A DNA stretch of 64,000 nucleotides from Acholeplasmataceae bacterium. GTDB lineage: Bacteria; Bacillota_I; Bacilli_A; Acholeplasmatales; Acholeplasmataceae. Location of the stretch: positions 1,568,001-1,632,000 of the forward strand of contig OY763415.1 in assembly GCA_963667565.1 (NCBI GenBank). The letters are read 5' to 3'. This document shows, one piece after another, positions 55,951 to 64,000 of this stretch. Position 1 is the first letter of the stretch. The number at the start of each line of letters is the position of its first letter. The notes below the pieces were generated by a model that had not been told where the DNA came from, did not search any database, and worked only from the letters and a program-made list of their open reading frames with translations. The position numbers were made by a program, and so were the translations under genes.

Positions 55951-55964
55951 TGAAAACGCTTGTT
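55951..55964 (+). promoter_or_regulatory. Candidate cre (CcpA/LacI-type) operator
   Basis: TGAAAACGCTTGTT matches TGWAARCGYTWNCW at 13/14, just downstream of an extended -10 TGTTATACT. Confidence 0.45.
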
Positions 55965-56068
55965 ATTTGCTTGTATTTTATTATATAGTTTTGCAAGTTA
56001 AGAGTCAAAGTTAATATTATATATGATTATCTTTATTTAAGGTAATTTAAATTTAGATAGGAGAAATC

Positions 56069-58003
56069 ATGAGAAAAATAAAGAACATAAATGAAGGTTG
56101 GTCATTTATTAAAATTAATTTACCTTTAGAATCGGTTAAATCTGAGAAAGGTGCATCAATTGACCTACCACACACATGGAATGGTATTGATGGCCAAGAT
56201 GGGGGAAATGATTATATTAGGGATGCTTTTTGGTATAAAAAAACATTTGCGAAAAATGAACTACCAGAAGGAAGCAAACAATTTATTGAGTTCAAAGGTG
56301 TTAACGCATCAGCCGATGTATATTTAAATGATGATTTAATAGGTCATCATGATGGTGGCTATTCTACATTTAGATTTGAAATCACTCAATATTTAAAAGA
56401 TCATAATGAAATGTTCGTATGGGTTGATAATTCCGTAAATGATAGAGTATATCCGCAAAAAGCTGATTTCACATTCTATGGTGGTATTTATCGCGATGTT
56501 TCAATCATCAGTGTTGATGATAATCACTTTGATTTATTGCATTATGGTTCAAAAGGTGCAAAAGTTAACGCACATATGATTGATGGTAAAGGACAACTAG
56601 AATTAGAAACATATGTGGTTGGTGAAGGTAAAGTATTCGTAGAAGTTAAAAACCAAGAGGGTAAATCAGTATATAAAGGTGAAGATACTAATCCAATTGT
56701 CATTGATGATGTTCATTTATGGCAAGGTATGGATGATCCATATTTATATTCAGTTGAAATTAAACTTAAAGATGGCAACAAAATTTTAGATAACATTGAA
56801 TATCAAGTTGGGTTTAGAAGCTTTCATTTTGATGCTCAGGATGGATTTTATTTAAATGGTAAAAAATATCCACTCCGTGGTGTTTGTAGACATCAAGATA
56901 GACCAAAAATTGGGAATGCATTAACAGTTAAAGAACACGATGAAGATATCCGAATCATTAAAGAAGTTGGCGCAAATACAATTAGACTTGCACATTATCA
57001 GCATGATGATTATTTCTATAATTTATGTGATAAAGAAGGGTTTGTTGTTTGGGCCGAAATTCCTTATATTTCAAAACACATGAATAACGCAAATGAAAAC
57101 GCTAGAAATCAAATGAGAGAATTAATCATTCAACAATACCATAGACCAAGTATCGTTACTTGGGGTATCTCAAATGAAATCACAATTTCATATGCAGGTA
57201 AAGATTGCTTAGCATTCCATAAAGAAATGAATGATTTAGTACATCATTTAGATCAATCAAGAAAAACAGTGATTGCTGACTATATGCCAACAAGAATTCA
57301 TAATAAATTAAATAGAGTACCAGACATTGTATCATACAACTTATATTTTGGATGGTATTTACCATTTACATCACTTGCAGGATGGAAGTTAGATAGATAC
57401 CATAAAAAATTTCCTAATGAAATTATAGGTTTATCTGAGTACGGTGCTGAAGGTGTTAATAAAGTATTTAATAAATATCCAAGACGTGGTGATAATACAG
57501 AAGCATATCAAGCAATTTATCATGAACGCATGTTAGATATAATTAATGCAAGAGATTATATTTGGGGTACACATGTTTGGAACATGTTTGATTTCGCAGC
57601 TGATGCTAGAAATCAAGGTGGAGAACCTGGTATGAACCATAAAGGTTTAGTAACATTTGATCGTAAGAGAAGAAAAGATGCATTTTATATTTATAAAGCA
57701 AATTGGTCAAAAGAAGCATTTATTCATTTATGTGATAAAGATTATGAAAAAAGAACAGGTAAGAAAACAAAAATTAAAGTATACTCAAATCAAGAACATA
57801 TTGAAATCTATCATAATGGAGTACTTGTGTTTAATGGTAAACCTACTCACCATATAGTAGAAGTTAAAGTAGTGATGACAAAAGAAAATCATGTTGTTGC
57901 TAAATCAAATGATTTATTAGATGAATCAAAATTTATTAAAGTAAAGAATAAACCAAGTTCATACAAAATTAAGAAAACTAAAAATGCAAGTTGGGAAAAA
58001 TAA
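56069..58003 (+). CDS. GH2 glycoside hydrolase, probably beta-glucuronidase
   Basis: RLAHY, WGISNE (acid/base), YFGWY, SEYGA (nucleophile) and NHKG (N-K uronate motif); uronate operon context. Confidence 0.85.
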   Translation: MRKIKNINEGWSFIKINLPLESVKSEKGASIDLPHTWNGIDGQDGGNDYIRDAFWYKKTFAKNELPEGSKQFIEFKGVNASADVYLNDDLIGHHDGGYSTFRFEITQYLKDHNEMFVWVDNSVNDRVYPQKADFTFYGGIYRDVSIISVDDNHFDLLHYGSKGAKVNAHMIDGKGQLELETYVVGEGKVFVEVKNQEGKSVYKGEDTNPIVIDDVHLWQGMDDPYLYSVEIKLKDGNKILDNIEYQVGFRSFHFDAQDGFYLNGKKYPLRGVCRHQDRPKIGNALTVKEHDEDIRIIKEVGANTIRLAHYQHDDYFYNLCDKEGFVVWAEIPYISKHMNNANENARNQMRELIIQQYHRPSIVTWGISNEITISYAGKDCLAFHKEMNDLVHHLDQSRKTVIADYMPTRIHNKLNRVPDIVSYNLYFGWYLPFTSLAGWKLDRYHKKFPNEIIGLSEYGAEGVNKVFNKYPRRGDNTEAYQAIYHERMLDIINARDYIWGTHVWNMFDFAADARNQGGEPGMNHKGLVTFDRKRRKDAFYIYKANWSKEAFIHLCDKDYEKRTGKKTKIKVYSNQEHIEIYHNGVLVFNGKPTHHIVEVKVVMTKENHVVAKSNDLLDESKFIKVKNKPSSYKIKKTKNASWEK

Positions 58004-58006
58004 AGG

Positions 58007-59836
58007 ATGAAAGATATGATAGAAGAAAAGTCTAACGACTATAGCGGACATATTAATAAAGGAAAAAGATATCAAGTCGCTTTATTTCCTTTTAACAACG
58101 CAGCTACCAATACATATTTAGCATTGATGACATTCGTCACTTATTATGGTGGTTATTATTTAAGTGGTGGATTCCTTGGTGGAATACTGTCAGCAAGCGC
58201 AATGGCGGCATTAACTATAATCTTATCATCGATTGTGACTGGTATGCGTATATTTGATGGGATTACAGATCCATTCATTGGCGCATTAATTGATAAAACA
58301 AATGGACGTATTGGTAAATTTAGACCATATATGATTTTTGGTAATTTATTATTAGCATTTTCTGTTCTAGCAATGTTTTTCTTAATTAGACCTATTGAGG
58401 CATCATGGTTAAGATGGACATTATTTATATTTACATATGTCTTGTATGTATTAGGATATACAGCGCAAACAGCAGTTACAAAAGCTGGCCAAACGTGTAT
58501 TACAAATGATCCAAAACAACGTTCTCAATTTGTTGTTTGGAACATGGTTGGTATGATTGGATCAATTGTTTTAATTAATATGATTGGTAATGGATTATTA
58601 CCCATTATAGTCGATCCTATTGATGCAGCAAATAACTTAGGTTCACAATACAATCCTGAGTTTTATAATCTCTTAGTACCAATCGCAGTGGGTATTTCAA
58701 TGCTTTATACTGCATTAGCAGTATTTGCGATTTGGAAAAAAGATATTCCTGAAAACTGGGGTATTGATTCAGATCATAAACCTGCAAAATTCAAAGATTT
58801 TCTCAATGTATTGAAATTTAATAATCAAATTAGATGGTTAGTATTTTCAGCAGCAGCAAATAAATTAGCGTCAACAATTGCTACTTCAGGTGCAGTTGCA
58901 GTATTAATCTATTATTTAATGATGGATAACTATAATGGATTGTATATGCCAATGTATGTTTTATCATTCATATTTATGGGGGTATTCTTTATTGTTGGTG
59001 CCAAACTTGCTGGTAAAAGAGGTCAAAAAAGAGCAGTAACCCAATTTACAGCATTCGCATTTATGTTTTATTTAGGTATTGCTGTAATGTTAATGATCTG
59101 GGATCCTAATAATCCAAATACACATTTATCGCTTCTTCATTGGAATCAAGATGGTTCATTATACTTCCAAACAAATTTAATTACATTAGTATGGATTGTA
59201 TTCTTTGGATTTGGTTATGGTGCTTATAATTTAGCATCAGAAATGGTCATCCCAATGATTGCTGACTGTACAGATTTTGAGACATATCGTTCAGGTAATT
59301 ATGTGCCTGGTATGATGGGAACACTATTCTCATTAATTGATAAGTTTGTATCAAGTTTCGCAACTGTGTTAATTTCAGTATTTACAGTAAGTTTAATACC
59401 AGCTCTTAATGGTACTCTTCCAAGTACAGGAATTGATTTGACTCATTTTGATTTTCAAGGTGTACAATTATCAGCAATTATTACGTTTGCAGTTCTTCCT
59501 ATGTTAGCTTGGTTAATTACATTGGTTTCAATGTACTTCTATAAATTAAGCGGTAATAAATTAAGAGAAATTCAAGCAGTCAATGCAATTCGTAAAAAAG
59601 CCATCAGTTTAGGTATGCCTAAAGCAGATGCGATGGAATTATGGAAAACGATTGATCAAGTACCTCAAGACTTTATTCATGATTTTAATAAAATCATTCA
59701 TGAAGAAAATGAGAAACTTTCAGTTATGGATAAAATATATGATAGAATTTGGGGCAAAAAAGAACATGTAAATGCAAAACCTGCATCTCATGCTATTCAA
59801 ATCCCAATTGAGTATGAAAAAAATAATTTGAGTTAA
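58007..59836 (+). CDS. GPH-family (MFS_2) glycoside/hexuronide symporter
   Basis: RIFDGITDPFIGALIDKT, GKFRPY and MIADCTDFE motifs; about 12 TMs plus a hydrophilic tail. Confidence 0.88.
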   Translation: MKDMIEEKSNDYSGHINKGKRYQVALFPFNNAATNTYLALMTFVTYYGGYYLSGGFLGGILSASAMAALTIILSSIVTGMRIFDGITDPFIGALIDKTNGRIGKFRPYMIFGNLLLAFSVLAMFFLIRPIEASWLRWTLFIFTYVLYVLGYTAQTAVTKAGQTCITNDPKQRSQFVVWNMVGMIGSIVLINMIGNGLLPIIVDPIDAANNLGSQYNPEFYNLLVPIAVGISMLYTALAVFAIWKKDIPENWGIDSDHKPAKFKDFLNVLKFNNQIRWLVFSAAANKLASTIATSGAVAVLIYYLMMDNYNGLYMPMYVLSFIFMGVFFIVGAKLAGKRGQKRAVTQFTAFAFMFYLGIAVMLMIWDPNNPNTHLSLLHWNQDGSLYFQTNLITLVWIVFFGFGYGAYNLASEMVIPMIADCTDFETYRSGNYVPGMMGTLFSLIDKFVSSFATVLISVFTVSLIPALNGTLPSTGIDLTHFDFQGVQLSAIITFAVLPMLAWLITLVSMYFYKLSGNKLREIQAVNAIRKKAISLGMPKADAMELWKTIDQVPQDFIHDFNKIIHEENEKLSVMDKIYDRIWGKKEHVNAKPASHAIQIPIEYEKNNLS

Positions 59837-59847
59837 GTGGTGAGAAT

Positions 59848-60489
59848 ATGTATAAACATGAAGTTTTAAAGAAAATAACGGATGTAGGTGTTGTTGCAGT
59901 TGTTAGAGCAGAAAACGAAGAACAAGCAATCAATATCTCAAAAGCATGTATTGAAGGCGGGATTCCCGCCATTGAAGTGACATTTACTGTTCCAGGCGCA
60001 GCAGATGTTATTAAAGCACTAGACCAAAAATTTGGTGATGATGAATTAATCGTTGGTGCTGGAACTGTCCTAGATAGTGAAACAGCAAGAATTGCGATAT
60101 TAGCAGGTGCTAAATATATCGTATCTCCGGGATTTGATTTAGAATCAGCAAAATTATGCAACAGATACCAAGTACCTTATATGCCAGGATGCTTAACAAT
60201 TACAGAAATGCTAACAGCGATGGAAGCAGGTGCAGATGTTGTTAAATTATTCCCTGGAAGTGCATTTGGTCCATCATATGTTAAAGCAGTAAAAGGACCT
60301 CTACCACAAGCAAACATTATGCCAACAGGTGGTGTATCACTAGATAATGTAGCGACATGGATTAAAAATGGTGTCGTGGCAGTTGGTGTAGGCGGAGATT
60401 TAACCGCACCAGCTAAAAATGGTGATTATGAAGGTGTTAAACAAAATGCAATTGCATTTGTAGAAGCTGTAAAGAAGGCGAGAAGATAA
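59848..60489 (+). CDS. eda: KDPG/KHG aldolase
   Basis: IEVT, GAGTVLD, VSPG, VKLFP and MPTGGV motifs. Confidence 0.93.
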   Translation: MYKHEVLKKITDVGVVAVVRAENEEQAINISKACIEGGIPAIEVTFTVPGAADVIKALDQKFGDDELIVGAGTVLDSETARIAILAGAKYIVSPGFDLESAKLCNRYQVPYMPGCLTITEMLTAMEAGADVVKLFPGSAFGPSYVKAVKGPLPQANIMPTGGVSLDNVATWIKNGVVAVGVGGDLTAPAKNGDYEGVKQNAIAFVEAVKKARR

Positions 60490-60491
60490 TC

Positions 60492-61514
60492 ATGTCAAAA
60501 ATCATTACTTTAGGCGAAATCATGCTTAGATTATCGACACAAGGACAAGAAAGATTTGTTCAATCAAATGCATTTAATATAGTATATGGTGGTGGTGAAG
60601 CAAATGTTGCAGTGTCGTTGGCAAACTATGGACACGAAGCATATTTTGTATCAAAGTTACCTACACATGAAATTGGACAAAGCGCAGTAAATGCCTTAAG
60701 ACAATATGGCGTTAACACAGATTATATCGCACGTGGTGGCGATAGAATAGGTATTTATTTTTTAGAAACTGGCGCATCAATGAGACCATCAAAAGTCATT
60801 TATGATCGCGCAAAAAGTGCGATTGCAGAAGCAGATGTCACTGATTTTAATTTTGATGAAATATTTGAAGGAAAAGATTGGTTTCACTGGTCAGGCATTA
60901 CACCAGCAATCAGCCCTAAAGCAGCAGAGATCACAAAACTAGCTTGCCAAGCAGCTAAAAAACATGGTGTGAGAGTTTCAGTAGATTTAAACTACCGTAA
61001 GAAATTATGGACACCAGAACAAGCTCAAGCGGTGATGAAAGATTTAATGCAATATGTCGATGTATGTATTGGAAACGAAGAGGATGCAGAGTTAGTACTA
61101 GGCTTTAAACCGGCACATACAGATGTAACTTCTGGGAAATTAGATGCAGAAGGTTACAAACAAATATTTAAAGAAATGAAAGAAGCCTTTGGATTTGAAA
61201 TTGTCACTTCAACATTAAGAGAATCTTATAGTGCAACAAAAAATGGTTGGAGTGCATTATTATATGATGGTAATGCATTTTATCAGTCAAAAAGATATGA
61301 AATATCCCCAATCATTGATCGAGTTGGTGGAGGAGATTCATTCGCTGGTGGTTTAATTCATGGTCTATTAACCAAGAAACCACAGGAAGCAATAGAATTT
61401 GCAGTTGCTGCAAGTGCATTGAAACATACAATCCCTGGAGATTTCAACTTAGTTGATGTAAATGAAGTTGAAACTTTAGCCGGTGGATCTGCTTCAGGTA
61501 GAGTACAAAGATAG
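60492..61514 (+). CDS. kdgK: 2-keto-3-deoxygluconate kinase (PfkB family)
   Basis: [25 protein letters not shown] and DRVGGGDSF motifs. Confidence 0.9.
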   Translation: MSKIITLGEIMLRLSTQGQERFVQSNAFNIVYGGGEANVAVSLANYGHEAYFVSKLPTHEIGQSAVNALRQYGVNTDYIARGGDRIGIYFLETGASMRPSKVIYDRAKSAIAEADVTDFNFDEIFEGKDWFHWSGITPAISPKAAEITKLACQAAKKHGVRVSVDLNYRKKLWTPEQAQAVMKDLMQYVDVCIGNEEDAELVLGFKPAHTDVTSGKLDAEGYKQIFKEMKEAFGFEIVTSTLRESYSATKNGWSALLYDGNAFYQSKRYEISPIIDRVGGGDSFAGGLIHGLLTKKPQEAIEFAVAASALKHTIPGDFNLVDVNEVETLAGGSASGRVQR

Positions 61515-61527
61515 GAGAATAATTATT

Positions 61528-62583
61528 ATGAAATTATCATTTAGATGGTATGGTGAAAGTGACCCAGTCACTTTACAAAACATCAGACAAATCCCACATA
61601 TGAATGCAATTGTAACGGCTGTATATGATGTTCCAGTAGGCGAAGTATGGCCAATGGAAAACATCTTGAAATTAAAAGACTCAGTTGAAAAAAACGGATT
61701 AGCATTTGATGTTATCGAAAGTGTACCAGTACATGAAGACATCAAATTGGGTAAACCATCCAGAGACTTACTTATCGAAAACTACAAACAAAATATAAAG
61801 AACTTAGGTGAAGCAGGGATCAAAGTTATTTGCTATAACTTTATGCCGGTATTTGATTGGACAAGAACAGAGTTAGATCACGAGCTTGCTGATGGTTCAA
61901 ATGCTTTGGTTTATTATAAAGAGCAATTGGATAAAATGAATCCTTTGACAGGTGAATTATCACTTCCAGGTTGGGATTCAAGTTATACTAAAGAATCACT
62001 TTCAAAATTATTTGATGATTATAAAAAAGTTGATGAAGAAAAATTATGGGAAAATCTATCTTACTTCTTAAAAGCAATTATTCCTGTAGCAGAAACTGCA
62101 GGTGTTAAGATGGCTATTCATCCAGATGATCCACCTTATTCAATCTTTGGATTACCAAGAATTATTACATGTGAAGAAAATTTAGATAGATTCTTAAAAA
62201 TAGTTGATTCACCATATAATGGACTAACTTTTTGCACAGGTTCATTTGGATCATCACCTAAGAATCATGTTGAAGATATGGTAGCAAAATATGCAAAAAT
62301 GAATAGAATTCATTTTATGCATATGAGAAATGTAAAATTACTTTCTGATGGTTTTAGCTTTGAGGAAAGTGCACACCCATCTTCATATGGATCAATAGAT
62401 ATGGTCAAAGTGTTAGAAAACTTATATGATCATGGTTTTGATGGTTATATAAGACCTGATCATGGACGTATGATTTGGGGCGAAACAGGTAAACCAGGTT
62501 ATGGATTGTATGATCGTGCATTAGGTGCGACATATTTAGTTGGCATTTATGAAACATTAGAAAAAATCAAAGGTGGTAAATAA
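61528..62583 (+). CDS. uxuA: Mannonate dehydratase
   Basis: [32 protein letters not shown] and [11 protein letters not shown] motifs; start at 61528 after AGGAG. Confidence 0.96.
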   Translation: MKLSFRWYGESDPVTLQNIRQIPHMNAIVTAVYDVPVGEVWPMENILKLKDSVEKNGLAFDVIESVPVHEDIKLGKPSRDLLIENYKQNIKNLGEAGIKVICYNFMPVFDWTRTELDHELADGSNALVYYKEQLDKMNPLTGELSLPGWDSSYTKESLSKLFDDYKKVDEEKLWENLSYFLKAIIPVAETAGVKMAIHPDDPPYSIFGLPRIITCEENLDRFLKIVDSPYNGLTFCTGSFGSSPKNHVEDMVAKYAKMNRIHFMHMRNVKLLSDGFSFEESAHPSSYGSIDMVKVLENLYDHGFDGYIRPDHGRMIWGETGKPGYGLYDRALGATYLVGIYETLEKIKGGK

Positions 62584-62584
62584 G

Positions 62585-63433
62585 ATGAGTGTTCCATTTA
62601 AAATAAATTTAGAAAATAAAGTCGCTGTTGTCACAGGTGGTGCAGGTGTTTTAGGTAGTTATTGGGTAGAAGCTTTATTAGAGTGTGGCGCTAAAGTTGC
62701 TATTTTAGACTTACGTTTAGAAAATGCTGAAAAGAAAGCGAAAGAACTTTCTCATTTAGGTACAGTTATTGGTGTAGAAGCTAATGTATTAAATAAAGAA
62801 AGTTTAGAAGCGGCACATCAAACTGTTTTATCAAGACTAGGCAAATGTGATATTTTACTAAATGGTGCTGGTGGAAATCATCCAAAAGGCACTACTACAA
62901 ATGAATATTATGAATCGGGCGATATTGATAAAGAAGACTTAACAACATTTTTTGATTTAGATCAAGATGGTGTAAGATTTGTTTTCGATTTAAACTTTAT
63001 TGGTACATTATTACCATCTCAAGTTTTTGCTAAAGATATGATTGAAAAACCAGGTTCTACAATCATTAATGTTTCATCAATGAATGCATATACACCACTC
63101 ACAAAAATTCCAGCATATTCAGGTGCGAAAGCAGCTGTTTCAAATTTCACTGAATGGTTAGCAGTTCATTTCAGCAAAGTTGGCATTAGAGTGAATGCGA
63201 TTGCCCCAGGATTTTTCGTTACAACTCAAAATGAAAAATTACTAGTTAATCCTGATGGTACTCCAACAGCAAGATCAAATAAAATCTTAAATTCTACTCC
63301 AATGGGTAGATATGGTAAACCAGAGGAATTAATTGGTGCATTACTATTCTTAATTGATGAAGGTGCTTCATCATTTGTTAATGGTGTTGTTATACCAATT
63401 GATGGTGGTTTCTCAGTATATTCAGGAGTCTAA
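62585..63433 (+). CDS. uxuB: D-mannonate oxidoreductase (SDR type)
   Basis: TGGAGVLG, NGAGGN and PLTKIPAYSGAK motifs; between uxuA and uxaC. Confidence 0.85.
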   Translation: MSVPFKINLENKVAVVTGGAGVLGSYWVEALLECGAKVAILDLRLENAEKKAKELSHLGTVIGVEANVLNKESLEAAHQTVLSRLGKCDILLNGAGGNHPKGTTTNEYYESGDIDKEDLTTFFDLDQDGVRFVFDLNFIGTLLPSQVFAKDMIEKPGSTIINVSSMNAYTPLTKIPAYSGAKAAVSNFTEWLAVHFSKVGIRVNAIAPGFFVTTQNEKLLVNPDGTPTARSNKILNSTPMGRYGKPEELIGALLFLIDEGASSFVNGVVIPIDGGFSVYSGV

Positions 63434-63435
63434 CG

Positions 63436-64000
63436 ATGGCTTTTATGGATAAAGACTTCCTGTTGGATTCTCATTTAGCAGTTAAACTGTATCATGAAGT
63501 TGTAGAAAACTTACCAATCGTTGACTATCACTGCCATTTAAATGCAAAAGACATTTATGAAAATAAACCATTTAAATCTATTACAGATGTTTGGTTAAAT
63601 GGTGACCATTACAAATGGCGTTTTTTAAGAAGTTTTGGTTTAGAAGAGTCGTTAGTTAGTTTTGGTGAAGATGAATATTCAAGATTTTTAGCATATGCAA
63701 AACATATGCCATATGCAATAGGTAATCCTTTATATCATTGGACTCATCTAGAATTAAAAAGATTTTTTAAAACAGATTTATTGCTCAATGAAAAAAACGC
63801 TAGAAGTATTTATGAAATCACAAATCAAAAAATCACTCAAACAAGACCATCGGATATACTTAAGCATTTTAATGTTTCAGTGATTGGTACAACAGACGAT
63901 CCAGTCGATGATTTAAAATACCATATACTTTTAAAAAATAGTCAATTAGATTATAAAGTTATACCTACTTTTAGACCAGATAAGGCATTACATATCGAAC
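63436..64000 (+). CDS. uxaC: Glucuronate isomerase (truncated by window end)
   Basis: MAFMDKDFLL..LPIVDYHCHL, GDHYKWR, GNPLYHWTHLEL, TTDDP and PTFRPD motifs. Confidence 0.95.
   Translation, partial: MAFMDKDFLLDSHLAVKLYHEVVENLPIVDYHCHLNAKDIYENKPFKSITDVWLNGDHYKWRFLRSFGLEESLVSFGEDEYSRFLAYAKHMPYAIGNPLYHWTHLELKRFFKTDLLLNEKNARSIYEITNQKITQTRPSDILKHFNVSVIGTTDDPVDDLKYHILLKNSQLDYKVIPTFRPDKALHIE

Overview
A low-GC chromosomal segment. It uses the standard genetic code (TGA = stop, Trp = TGG). Gene content points to a free-living Acholeplasmatales-type mollicute (inferred): Firmicutes-like hprK-lgt-trxB-whiA order, glnS, cdaA without cdaR/glmM, and no cell-wall genes. Most of it is housekeeping: cdaA, ispDF, pgi, tsaEBD/rimI, pdxST, glnS, pcrA, ligA, uvrA, hprK, lgt, trxB, whiA, acpS, tex, tRNA-Ser and tRNA-Glu. 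Five accessory patches stand out. (1) At 19.8-22.7 kb, two decayed RHS toxin fragments are each followed by an intact putative immunity gene. (2) A metNIQ operon sits under a compact SAM-I riboswitch lacking P4, next to a Y-family polymerase/YolD pair. (3) Between pcrA and ligA lie a PcrA-like helicase that naturally lacks the 2B domain, an OsmC gene, and an AAA+/DUF4143-type ATPase-nuclease preceded by 23-bp tandem repeats. (4) A ~4-kb integrase-less islet at the tRNA-Glu 3' end, bounded by a duplicated tRNA end plus terminator, carries an M.FokI-like double methyltransferase and an unfamiliar nuclease. (5) A beta-glucuronidase/hexuronate catabolic operon runs off the right edge. I saw no rRNA, CRISPR array or intact transposase/integrase. 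All family calls come from recognising motifs by eye; no searches were run.
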